Assembly (NCBI GenBank): GCA_016784085.1
Contig: JADHVH010000006.1
Location: forward strand, 1 to 25,600
DNA from: Candidatus Pacearchaeota archaeon
Lineage (GTDB): Archaea; Nanobdellota; Nanobdellia; Pacearchaeales; GW2011-AR1
Length of the DNA: 25,600 nucleotides
Reading direction: 5' to 3'
Position 1 is the stretch's first letter. Every line of letters begins with the position of its first letter. The notes under the pieces were generated by a model. The model had not been told where the DNA came from, did not search any database, and worked only from the letters and a program-made list of their open reading frames with translations. Positions 8,724 through 15,867 of this stretch are shown here, one piece after another. Position numbers and translations under genes: made by a program.

Positions 8724-8977
8724 TGGGTGTAAAAAAACAAGATAAAAAAGGTAAGAAAAAACATAAGAATAAGCCTACTAGTAAAAAATATTCTAAATAT
8801 AAAATAGATGGAGATAAGATTATTAGAGAACGAAGTTGTCCAAGATGTGGCCCTGGAATATTTCTTTTAAATTCTCAAGGAAGATTATATTGTGGTAAAT
8901 GTCATTATGCGGAATTTACCTCAAAGAAAACAGAAGAATTTAAAGGTGATAAGCCTGTTGAAGAACTTAAAAAATAA
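8723..8977 (+). CDS. rps27ae: ribosomal protein eS31 (S27ae)
   Basis: 84 aa. Lys-rich N-terminus, then zinc ribbon CPRCGPGIFLL...RLYCGKCHY. Start overlaps the rps24e stop. Confidence 0.85.
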   Translation: MGVKKQDKKGKKKHKNKPTSKKYSKYKIDGDKIIRERSCPRCGPGIFLLNSQGRLYCGKCHYAEFTSKKTEEFKGDKPVEELKK

Positions 8978-8980
8978 TTT

Positions 8981-9271
8981 TTATTCTAATTTTAATAAAG
9001 TTAAAAGTGTTTTTACTCCTCTTTGATCATCTGCAGTCAATTCTAAATCTGGATGAAATCTACCTTTTCTATGATTATAATAATCTATTGCCTCTTTTCC
9101 ATCTAGACTATATACAATTAATTCAGGTGTTTTAATAACAACTCTTCCAGTTTCTTTTAATTTTTCTTGTATAATATGTAATCTTTGAATAGAAATATAT
9201 TTCAATTTTCCATCTTCTTTTCCTTTCCAACCCACATGGGATGAATATCTTACTTTACTCCCTTGTCTCAT
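8981..9271 (-). CDS. hypothetical protein (96 aa)
   Basis: ORF track. No motif recognised. Confidence 0.45.
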   Translation of the reverse strand: MRQGSKVRYSSHVGWKGKEDGKLKYISIQRLHIIQEKLKETGRVVIKTPELIVYSLDGKEAIDYYNHRKGRFHPDLELTADDQRGVKTLLTLLKLE

Positions 9272-9302
9272 ATTAAATTAATTTTACTTTTATTTATAAG
9301 TA

Positions 9303-9527
9303 TTATTGTGATTTTTTTACATAAATAGCATGAGAATATTGTTTTATGTTAATTCCCTTAACTTTTAAAAATTCACTAACTTCTTCAACTTTTACAAAAA
9401 GATATTTTGAAATTTTACCTTCTACGATTAAAGCTTCATAAGGTGATTTATTTTTTTCAGGATTTCCAATTCCAATAGCATCATATTTGTAACCTTCTTG
9501 AAGCAATTTTTCATGTAAATTTTTCAT
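9303..9527 (-). CDS. hypothetical protein (74 aa)
   Basis: ORF track. No motif recognised. Confidence 0.45.
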   Translation of the reverse strand: MKNLHEKLLQEGYKYDAIGIGNPEKNKSPYEALIVEGKISKYLFVKVEEVSEFLKVKGINIKQYSHAIYVKKSQ

Positions 9528-9580
9528 GGGATCAAATTAATATTTTAATTATATAAGAATTATTGTGATAGATTAGAAAC

Positions 9581-9633
9581 CCTGGGAGAGTTTTCAAGTC
9601 ATTCAAAAAGATTAACCTAAACCCTCTCCTGGG
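9581..9633 (+). other. 10-bp hairpin that needs two G-U pairs (candidate structured RNA element)
   Basis: CCTGGGAGAG (9581-9590) pairs with CTCTCCTGGG (9624-9633) over a 33-nt loop. Two of the pairs are G-T/T-G on the + strand and become A-C mismatches on the - strand. Confidence 0.3.
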
Positions 9634-9756
9634 TAAAAAGAGGTGATATAAATAGATGGATATTATATATTTAAAGCTTTCGGTCTTGTTACCTTTGATC
9701 AATGACATCAAATGATCAACAGCCAGTAGTAATAGATTGCTACTCCTTTTAAATTA

Positions 9757-9790
9757 TTAGGTACTACTTTCTATGATATTTAGGTACTAC
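9757..9790 (+). repeat. 11-bp direct repeat TTAGGTACTAC x2 upstream of scpA
   Basis: Exact copies at 9757-9767 and 9780-9790 (23-bp period), each preceded by TATT. They lie 36-69 nt before the ATG at 9826. Possible operator or promoter element. Confidence 0.45.
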
Positions 9791-9825
9791 ATCAGGTTTA
9801 TAAAATCTATTTTTCTATATATTTT

Positions 9826-10713
9826 ATGGGTGATATTGAGGTAAAGTCTGCAAAACAAAATCAAATTCAAGATATTTTATATAATCGGGAAATTGGATGG
9901 CAGGAAATTATTTATGATCTAATAAATACTGAAGAACTAGATCCCTGGGATATTAATATTATTATTCTCACTGAGGGATATTTAACAAAAATACAATCTT
10001 TAGAAGAATCTGATTTTTTTGTTTCTAGTAAAGTATTATTAGCTGCTTCACTTCTTCTTAGAATTAAGTCAGAAGTTCTTTTAAGTAAACATTTGAGAAG
10101 TATTGATGAAATTTTATTTGGATCTGAAGAAAAAAAACCAATTGTATTAGAAAGAATTGAACTTGATGAAGAAATTCCTGAATTAGTTCCAAAAAGCCCA
10201 ATTCCAAGATATAAAAAAGTTACTTTGCAGGAACTTATTGATTCTTTAAATAAAGCTATTTCAACTGAAAATAGAAGAATTAAAAAGGAAATAATTAATA
10301 AAAATGCTCTTCGAGAATCAAGTATTTCTCTTCCAAATAAAAAAACAATTAATATTAAGAGTAGAATAAGGCAAATTTATCTAGATCTTTCAGAGCATTT
10401 TAATCAAAATAAAAATTCTAAAAAAATTTCTTTTGAAGAATTTGTAGGTAATGATCGAGATAAAAAAATAATAACTTTTTCACCATTGTTACATTTAGAA
10501 AATCAACAAAAAATCTGGTTAGATCAAAAGGTTCATTTTGAAGAAATTCATATTTGGCTTAAAAAAACTTATTTAAAACATAATCCTGATCCTTTTGCAG
10601 ATCTTGAACAAGAAGTTCAAAAAGAATTAGAAAATCTTGATGGTGGAAAAAAGCAAAGACTACAAGAAATAAATAAAGATTTTGAAAATCCTTTAGCAGA
10701 TCTAATTGATTAG
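9826..10713 (+). CDS. scpA: segregation and condensation protein A (kleisin)
   Basis: 295 aa. N-terminal pattern WQEIIYDLINTEELDPWDINIIILTEGYLTKIQ...VSSKVLLAASLLLRIKSEVLL matches the ScpA N-terminal domain. A winged-helix-like C-terminus follows (ITFSPLLHLENQQKIWLDQ). Confidence 0.7.
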   Translation: MGDIEVKSAKQNQIQDILYNREIGWQEIIYDLINTEELDPWDINIIILTEGYLTKIQSLEESDFFVSSKVLLAASLLLRIKSEVLLSKHLRSIDEILFGSEEKKPIVLERIELDEEIPELVPKSPIPRYKKVTLQELIDSLNKAISTENRRIKKEIINKNALRESSISLPNKKTINIKSRIRQIYLDLSEHFNQNKNSKKISFEEFVGNDRDKKIITFSPLLHLENQQKIWLDQKVHFEEIHIWLKKTYLKHNPDPFADLEQEVQKELENLDGGKKQRLQEINKDFENPLADLID

Positions 10714-10763
10714 TTCTTTTGAAAGCCAATAATTCTTATAAAGACAATTTGTTTTGATTTTTA

Positions 10764-11192
10764 ATGGGAAAGAATTTAATAACATCTTTAGATCCAATTA
10801 AAACAGATAAACTTGATTTGAAATTTTATAAAACGGGTCCTAAAAGAATAAATGCAGAATTGGTGGAGAGGGCTAGAACCTTTGTCACAGATTTAATTAA
10901 TGAAAGTCGTTATTTTGATCCTGGTTGTGGAGTTGGGTTTGCAATTTTTTATGAAGATCAAGTTAATTTAGTTGTATGGGATAGTGATAGATTAAATAAA
11001 AGGGCTGCATTATATGATCTAAGAAAAGAAAGATCTTTTGATCCTAATTATCCTGCAATAAATAAATTCAATACTACTGAAACTGGGGCTTTTAGAGATT
11101 TTGAATTACCTATTTTAATGCATGAAGAAATGGCTTTTGCAAGGCATAGTAATCCTAAAGATAAAAAAAAATATCTTCAAGATGTTTTTTAA
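10764..11192 (+). CDS. hypothetical protein (142 aa)
   Basis: ORF track. No motif recognised. Confidence 0.45.
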   Translation: MGKNLITSLDPIKTDKLDLKFYKTGPKRINAELVERARTFVTDLINESRYFDPGCGVGFAIFYEDQVNLVVWDSDRLNKRAALYDLRKERSFDPNYPAINKFNTTETGAFRDFELPILMHEEMAFARHSNPKDKKKYLQDVF

Positions 11193-11241
11193 AGTTAAAT
11201 TTAATAATCAAATTTAAAAACTAATTCTTGTTCTATTTTTT

Positions 11242-11910
11242 ATGAAACTAGGTGTATTATTTTCAGGGGGGAAAGATTCTGCAATGGCTGCTTATTTGGC
11301 TAAAAAAGAAGGCCATGAACTTATTTGCTTGATAACTGTTTTATCTGAAAATCCAGATTCATATATGTTTCACACACCTTCTATTGAAAAAACAAAAAAC
11401 CAGGCAGGAGTAATGGATTTACCTTTGTTAATTGGTAAAACTAAAGGTGTTAAGGAAGAAGAACTTGAAGATTTGAAAAATATAATTGCAGAAGCTAAAG
11501 AAAAATATGGAATTGAAGGGATAACTACTGGTGCTTTACATTCTGATTATCAGGCAACAAGAATTCAGAAGATTTGTGATAATTTAAAAATAAAATGTAT
11601 TAATCCCCTTTGGCATAAAGATGAATTTGAATATTTAGAAGAAATTTTAGAAAATAAATTTAAAGTAGTTGTTATTGGTGTTGCAGCCTATGGTTTAGAT
11701 GATTCTTGGCTAGGAAGGGTTATAGATGAGGAATTTATAGAAGAAGTTAGAGAACTTCATGAAAAATATAAAATCCATCCTGCAGGAGAAGGTGGAGAAT
11801 TTGAAACATATGTTGTAAATTGTCCTTTATTTAGTAGAGAATTAATAATTGTAGATAAAAAAATTTCTGGAGAAGATAATGCTTGGAAAATGGAGATACA
11901 GGTAGAATGA
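11242..11910 (+). CDS. diphthine-ammonia ligase-like PP-loop ATPase (Dph6 / MJ0570 family)
   Basis: 222 aa. PP-loop SGGKDS at the N-terminus (MKLGVLFSGGKDSAMA). Also GALHSDYQATRIQKICD, NPLWHKD and EGGEFETYV, typical of the MJ0570/Dph6 N-terminal domain family. Confidence 0.75.
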   Translation: MKLGVLFSGGKDSAMAAYLAKKEGHELICLITVLSENPDSYMFHTPSIEKTKNQAGVMDLPLLIGKTKGVKEEELEDLKNIIAEAKEKYGIEGITTGALHSDYQATRIQKICDNLKIKCINPLWHKDEFEYLEEILENKFKVVVIGVAAYGLDDSWLGRVIDEEFIEEVRELHEKYKIHPAGEGGEFETYVVNCPLFSRELIIVDKKISGEDNAWKMEIQVE

Positions 11911-12662
11911 AGATTATATCTTGGAATGTTAATGGAATTAGGGCTGTTCTTAAAAAAGGATTTTTAGATTTTGTAAAAAAAGAAAATCCAGATATTTTGT
12001 GCATACAGGAGACAAAAGCACATCCTGAACAGGTTGATATGGCTCTTAGTAAATATCCTTTTCATTATTGGAATTCTGCAGAGAAAAAAGGATATTCTGG
12101 AACAGCCATTTTTTCAAAAATAGAACCTAAAGCAATGACTAAAGGAAATAAATTTCTTGAAGATAATGAAGGAAGAATTTTAACTTTAGATTTTGATAAA
12201 TTTTATTTAATAAATGTGTATACTCCTAATTCTGGAAGGGGTAGTGGAATACTTGATTATAGGCAAAAATGGGATAAAAATTTCTTGAAATATCTTAAAT
12301 ATTTAGAAAAGACTAAGCCAGTTATTGTTGTTGGAGATCTCAATGTTGCTAGATCTGATATTGAATTAGCAAATCCTAAATCTAATTATAATAAAACAGC
12401 AGGATATTTTCAAGAAGAAATTGATGGAATTCAAAGATATATTGATAATGGATTTATAGATACTTTTAGAGAATTTAACAAAGAACCTAACCAATATAGT
12501 TATTGGAGTTATATGTTCCAAGCTAGAGATAGAAATGTTGGGTGGAGAATTGATTATGTTTTAGTTTCAAATAAATTTATGAAGAATGTTAAAAAATCTT
12601 TTATTTTAACTAAGGTGATGGGTTCTGATCATTGTCCTGTTGGAATAGAATTAAAAAATTAA
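11907..12662 (+). CDS. xth: exodeoxyribonuclease III / AP endonuclease
   Basis: The ATG at 11907 overlaps the upstream TGA (ATGA). MKIISWNVNGIRA, CIQETK, NEGR, VVGDLNVA, WSY and GSDHCPV are the ExoIII/APE1 catalytic motifs. Confidence 0.9.
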   Translation: MKIISWNVNGIRAVLKKGFLDFVKKENPDILCIQETKAHPEQVDMALSKYPFHYWNSAEKKGYSGTAIFSKIEPKAMTKGNKFLEDNEGRILTLDFDKFYLINVYTPNSGRGSGILDYRQKWDKNFLKYLKYLEKTKPVIVVGDLNVARSDIELANPKSNYNKTAGYFQEEIDGIQRYIDNGFIDTFREFNKEPNQYSYWSYMFQARDRNVGWRIDYVLVSNKFMKNVKKSFILTKVMGSDHCPVGIELKN

Positions 12663-12663
12663 T

Positions 12664-13833
12664 TTATTTTTTCTTTTTTATTATAATGTTTTTTTTAGTT
12701 CTCTTTTCTAAGATTAGATATTTTTCTTTTCCTGTTTTCATATCTTTGACTTTGAACTTTTTCTTTTTAATTTCTTGGGCCCCTGCAAAAATAACATTGT
12801 TTATTTGATAAGAATTAGCATATTCAAGTGCTTTAGATGGTTTCCCATAATATATGCTTGCTATTTTACCTTGTTTTCTTAAGTTATTAGCTAATTTAAT
12901 AGCTTCTTTATCTTGTTTTAATGAGACTATTAGATATTTCTCTTTTTTATCAATAGCTTTTATTAGACTTGAAAGTCTTTCTAAACCAAAGCTTAATCCT
13001 GTTGATTGAACTTTATTAAAGATATAACTTCCTCCTGCACAAATAGTTTCCTTCATATTTTTAACCCTAACCTCAAATACATTTCCATTATAGTAAGATA
13101 AGCCTCTTGACAGATTTGGTTGGAATTTTATTTCAACATCATAATATTTGCAGAATTGTTCTAATTTTTCTAATTCTACAAAAGAAGAATATTTTTTAAA
13201 ATAAGATTTAGGTTTTTTTAGAATTTCTAATAATTTTTCTGCATTATATTTTTTAAGATTTGATTTAACTTCTTTTTCAGGAATTTTATCCAATTTATCA
13301 ATTTCTCTTAAAACATCTTCTTTATCTTTAATATTTAATTCTCTAAGAATTTCATTTAATAATTCTCTATTGTTTGCATAAATTGTAAAACTAATACCTA
13401 GAGTTTTTAGAATTTCATTTACTACTGCTAAAACTTCTGCTTCTTCTTTTTCAGAAGAACCAATACAATCAATATCACATTGAGTGAATTGTCTAAATCT
13501 ATTTGTACTAACAGGCTCGTCTCTAAACACTTCTCCTATTTGGTATCTTTTGAATGGAAGTTTTTTATTTTCCATTAACCTTTTCAATTGAAATGTGAAT
13601 TCATATCTAAGGGCAAGATCTCTTTTACCTTTGTCTTTTAATTTAAAAATATCTGAAATAGCCTCATCATTAGAATTATCTCCTTTTACAAATTTTTCAT
13701 ATTCTATAAGAGGAGTTTCAACTGGGTTAAAACCATATTTTTCAAAAGTTCTTGCTAAAATTTTTTTAATTTCAGATCTTTTTTCAGCTTCTAAGCCTAA
13801 ATAATCTTGAAATCCTTTTACTTTTTCAGTCAT
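12664..13833 (-). CDS. hisS: histidyl-tRNA synthetase
   Basis: 389 aa. Class II motifs: VKGFQDYLG, ETPLIEY, ALRYEFTFQLKR, KRYQIGEVFRDEPVSTNRFRQFTQCDIDCIG (motif 2), AGGSY...GLSFGLERL (motif 3). C-terminal anticodon-binding domain (YLIVSLKQDKEAIKLANNLRKQG). Confidence 0.85.
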   Translation of the reverse strand: MTEKVKGFQDYLGLEAEKRSEIKKILARTFEKYGFNPVETPLIEYEKFVKGDNSNDEAISDIFKLKDKGKRDLALRYEFTFQLKRLMENKKLPFKRYQIGEVFRDEPVSTNRFRQFTQCDIDCIGSSEKEEAEVLAVVNEILKTLGISFTIYANNRELLNEILRELNIKDKEDVLREIDKLDKIPEKEVKSNLKKYNAEKLLEILKKPKSYFKKYSSFVELEKLEQFCKYYDVEIKFQPNLSRGLSYYNGNVFEVRVKNMKETICAGGSYIFNKVQSTGLSFGLERLSSLIKAIDKKEKYLIVSLKQDKEAIKLANNLRKQGKIASIYYGKPSKALEYANSYQINNVIFAGAQEIKKKKFKVKDMKTGKEKYLILEKRTKKNIIIKKKK

Positions 13834-14270
13834 TTTAAATTTATTTTGATTAATTTATTTTGATTTGTCTCTTGAGATCCTAATTTTTTGTGTAAACCCC
13901 ATGATTTGGACTTGTTATTTACTATCCCTAAATATTCTTCAAATCCCTTCTCCCCATAATAAGAAAATAATTCTTTAAAAGTTTTAGTTGCTAAACCTTT
14001 TTTTCTATATTCTTTTTTAATTACCATTTCTTCTCCAAAAATAGTTTTTCCTGGGAGCCAATAATTTGGATTTATTATCAAAAATCCGGCAAATTCTTTA
14101 TCATAACTTATTTCCCAAAGATCACAATACTTGGAAAATAATTTTATTTTAAATAGAGCTTTTTTTAATGTCCAAGCTTCATCATATGGAGGTTCTGAAA
14201 ATCCTTTAGAATATAGTTCTGCTATTTTTTTAAAATTCCTTCTTTTTGCTTTTTTTAATTCAAAGGTCAT
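13830..14270 (-). CDS. GNAT-family N-acetyltransferase
   Basis: 146 aa. Acetyl-CoA motif A-like VIKKEYRKKGLATKTFKELF. The stop overlaps the hisS start by 4 nt. Confidence 0.65.
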   Translation of the reverse strand: MTFELKKAKRRNFKKIAELYSKGFSEPPYDEAWTLKKALFKIKLFSKYCDLWEISYDKEFAGFLIINPNYWLPGKTIFGEEMVIKKEYRKKGLATKTFKELFSYYGEKGFEEYLGIVNNKSKSWGLHKKLGSQETNQNKLIKINLK

Positions 14271-14521
14271 TTTTTCTTCTCCAATTTTTTAATTCTTCCT
14301 TCTAATTCTTTGAATTTTTCTTCATTATTCATATCAAAAATTCTTTCAATAATTAATAAAAATGGAAATACAACTATAACTGTAAAGATAATTCCTGAAA
14401 TAGTTAATCTTTTGATTTCTTCAAATGCTAGATCAAAAAATATGCCATGTATGATACTTGCTATTGCAATCAATATTGCAATTAAAAGCAAACTTATTAC
14501 TTGTTTTTTTAATGTTCTCAT
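14267..14521 (-). CDS. hypothetical small membrane protein (84 aa)
   Basis: Two hydrophobic helices (VISLLLIAILIAIASII, ISGIIFTVIVVFPFLLII) and a charged C-terminal tail. 4-nt overlap with the GNAT gene. Confidence 0.5.
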   Translation of the reverse strand: MRTLKKQVISLLLIAILIAIASIIHGIFFDLAFEEIKRLTISGIIFTVIVVFPFLLIIERIFDMNNEEKFKELEGRIKKLEKKK

Positions 14522-14586
14522 TTTATTCCTCTTTTAGACACTCGTGAGGATACACAATCCAAATCGACGTAGTCATTTGTATAAAG

Positions 14587-14658
14587 GGTGAAAGGAGGGA
14601 ATTGAACCCTCGTCTTGCGGACCACAACCACACGTTCTACCATTAAACTACATTCACC
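14587..14658 (-). tRNA. tRNA-His (anticodon GTG) with genome-encoded G-1
   Basis: Reverse complement G-GTGAATG-TA-GTTT-AATGGTA-GAAC-G-TGTGG-TTGTGGT-CCGCA-AGAC-GAGGG-TTCAATT-CCCTC-CTTTCAC-C. Anticodon loop is TT-GTG-GT. The extra 5' G can pair with discriminator C73, the His identity element. One T-T mismatch in the acceptor stem. CCA not encoded. Confidence 0.85.
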
Positions 14659-14680
14659 ATAATTTAAATTAGTTGAAGAT

Positions 14681-14694
14681 GGTATAAAAAAGTT
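14681..14694 (-). promoter_or_regulatory. putative TATA box for tRNA-His
   Basis: In the minus sense, AACTTTTTTATACC ends 22 nt upstream of G-1. This is the expected archaeal TATA-to-start distance. Confidence 0.35.
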
Positions 14695-14736
14695 ATTATA
14701 AGACAAGCTAGAAAAATTAGTACTTAGTGCAGTGAT

Positions 14737-14748
14737 GGGGAAACCCCC
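14737..14748 (-). terminator. short GC hairpin (GGGG-AAA-CCCCC) downstream of the pilin genes
   Basis: The only GC-rich element in the AT-rich 14659-14810 spacer. It lies ~65 nt after the pilin stop, and minus-sense T-tracts (AATTTTTATT) come before it. The terminator role is a guess. Confidence 0.25.
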
Positions 14749-14810
14749 AAAGTTTACTTGTCATATTATTAATAAAAATTATTAGTTTTTAAATCTAACT
14801 AAAAGCTAAT

Positions 14811-15272
14811 TTACATAGTGTATGTTGATCTAGCATTACATAAAAGAGTATTATTAGATTCATCTTTAAAGAAAGGTGTAATTTCAACTTCAGTTATTCC
14901 TACTATTGAAGTATTAAGTTCTGGAACAGTTTTTGTTTGTAATGCAGTAAAAGTAGAAAAGTATTCATAAAGATAATTTTCAGAACCATTTGTAAAAGAT
15001 AGTAAAACTCCTGGAAGTTCTTCTCCAGATGCTGTTCTTGTTAATGTAACTGTGCAGTTCTCAGTAAGAATAACACCTGATTCAAATTCTTCACAAATAA
15101 CTGCTGTGGCTCTTACACTAATATCTAGGCATTTAGAACTAAGAGCGATTTGATCTGATCCTGCCTGTAGAAGATTTCTTGCAACTACCCAAATTATACC
15201 TACAGCCACAAGGACAAGTAGGATTACTATAAGGGTTGATACAATCATAGACATTCCTTTTTTGTTTTCCAT
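14811..15272 (-). CDS. archaeal type IV pilin-like protein (class III signal peptide), paralog 2
   Basis: Start chosen at the internal ATG (15270-15272), giving MENKKGMSMIVSTLIVILLVLVAVGIIWVVARNLLQ. This is a KG|xS prepilin-peptidase-type site followed by a hydrophobic helix. 154 aa, 4 Cys, several N-x-S/T sequons. Paralogous to 15341-15805. Confidence 0.8.
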   Translation of the reverse strand: MENKKGMSMIVSTLIVILLVLVAVGIIWVVARNLLQAGSDQIALSSKCLDISVRATAVICEEFESGVILTENCTVTLTRTASGEELPGVLLSFTNGSENYLYEYFSTFTALQTKTVPELNTSIVGITEVEITPFFKDESNNTLLCNARSTYTM

Positions 15273-15340
15273 TTCTGTGTGTGTTTCTTTCCTGTTCTTT
15301 CCTGAAAAATAAATAAAATTAAAAAAAATAAAAAATAAAA

Positions 15341-15805
15341 TTAAAAGTTGTACGCTGTTGATAGTGAACAAAGGTTTTCGTTCCCTGAATCATCTAAGAA
15401 GAACGGTGTTATTTCTACCTTGTTAGAATCGTTGAATCCATCTACTACAATATCAGCTTCTGTAACTTTTCCTAATGGTGTAATATCCCCTGTATATGTA
15501 GCAATAAAGTTATTTAATCCATCTGCACTTTGGAATACCATTTTAGCACCACCAATAGCTTCTCCACCTGCAGCTCTTTCTAAAGTAACTGCACATGTTT
15601 CTGCAGTTGCATTATTAATTACACAATTAACAGCTGATGCACTTAAAGAAACTTCTAAACACTTAGCACTAATATCTATTTGTTCACTTCCATCCTGGAT
15701 AAGGTTTCTAGCAACTACCCAAATTATACCTACTGCTACTAAAACTAGAAGTATAATTATTAACGTAGACACAATCATAGACAATCCTTTTTTGTTTTGT
15801 TCCAT
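15341..15805 (-). CDS. archaeal type IV pilin-like protein (class III signal peptide), paralog 1
   Basis: 154 aa. MEQNKKGLSMIVSTLIIILLVLVAVGIIWVVARNLIQ. Strong SD (AAGGAGGT) 5 nt upstream. 4 Cys at positions equivalent to paralog 2, and a conserved C-terminus (EITPFF..D.S.N..LC). Confidence 0.8.
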   Translation of the reverse strand: MEQNKKGLSMIVSTLIIILLVLVAVGIIWVVARNLIQDGSEQIDISAKCLEVSLSASAVNCVINNATAETCAVTLERAAGGEAIGGAKMVFQSADGLNNFIATYTGDITPLGKVTEADIVVDGFNDSNKVEITPFFLDDSGNENLCSLSTAYNF

Positions 15806-15867
15806 TTGACCTCCTTTATATTGAATTTAATATGTTTTTATTAAATAAATTTAGTATAAAAATGTTT

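Noticed and set aside
8358-8764. Two antisense ORFs (114 aa and 73 aa) opposite the 3' part of rps24e
   Set aside because: They mirror the E/A/K/P low-complexity tail of eS24, and GAA/GCT-rich repeats read open on the other strand. Their products are F/S/R/C-rich nonsense. The + strand gene sits in a conserved operon.
9528-9825. Possible C/D-box sRNA, RNase P RNA or SRP RNA in the 300-bp noncoding island
   Set aside because: ATGATCA and ATGACAT resemble box C imperfectly, but there is no CTGA box D anywhere in the region. I see no RNase P CR-I-type GAGGAAAGTCC and no GC-rich SRP helix motifs. It is kept only as an unclassified structured or regulatory region.
14518-14706. 62-aa ORF overlapping tRNA-His, and likewise the 66-aa ORF at 3400-3600 overlapping tRNA-Trp
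   Set aside because: Both are explained by the tRNA genes they cover and have no coding features of their own.
15273-15371. Longer N-terminal extensions offered by the ORF track (15371 for pilin 2, 440 for the Cys-rich ORF, 8220 for rps24e, 11883 for xth, 17844 for the membrane protein)
   Set aside because: Each extension overlaps the preceding gene or adds non-homologous residues ahead of a conserved N-terminus (MENKKG.., MKNFKII.., MKIISWNVNG..). The internal ATGs sit at classic stop/start junctions.
14587-15805. tRNA-His followed by pilin genes as a possible tRNA-targeted integrated element
   Set aside because: There is no integrase or recombinase, no visible direct repeat of the tRNA 3' end downstream, and no composition change relative to the flanks.
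15348-15809. 153-aa ORF on the + strand spanning the whole first pilin gene in antisense
   Set aside because: The minus-strand frame encodes a textbook class III signal peptide, has a strong SD and has a paralog next door. The + strand product is low-complexity S/T/A/P/I-rich with no start context. A full-length antisense ORF can arise by chance in a gene whose complement lacks stop codons.
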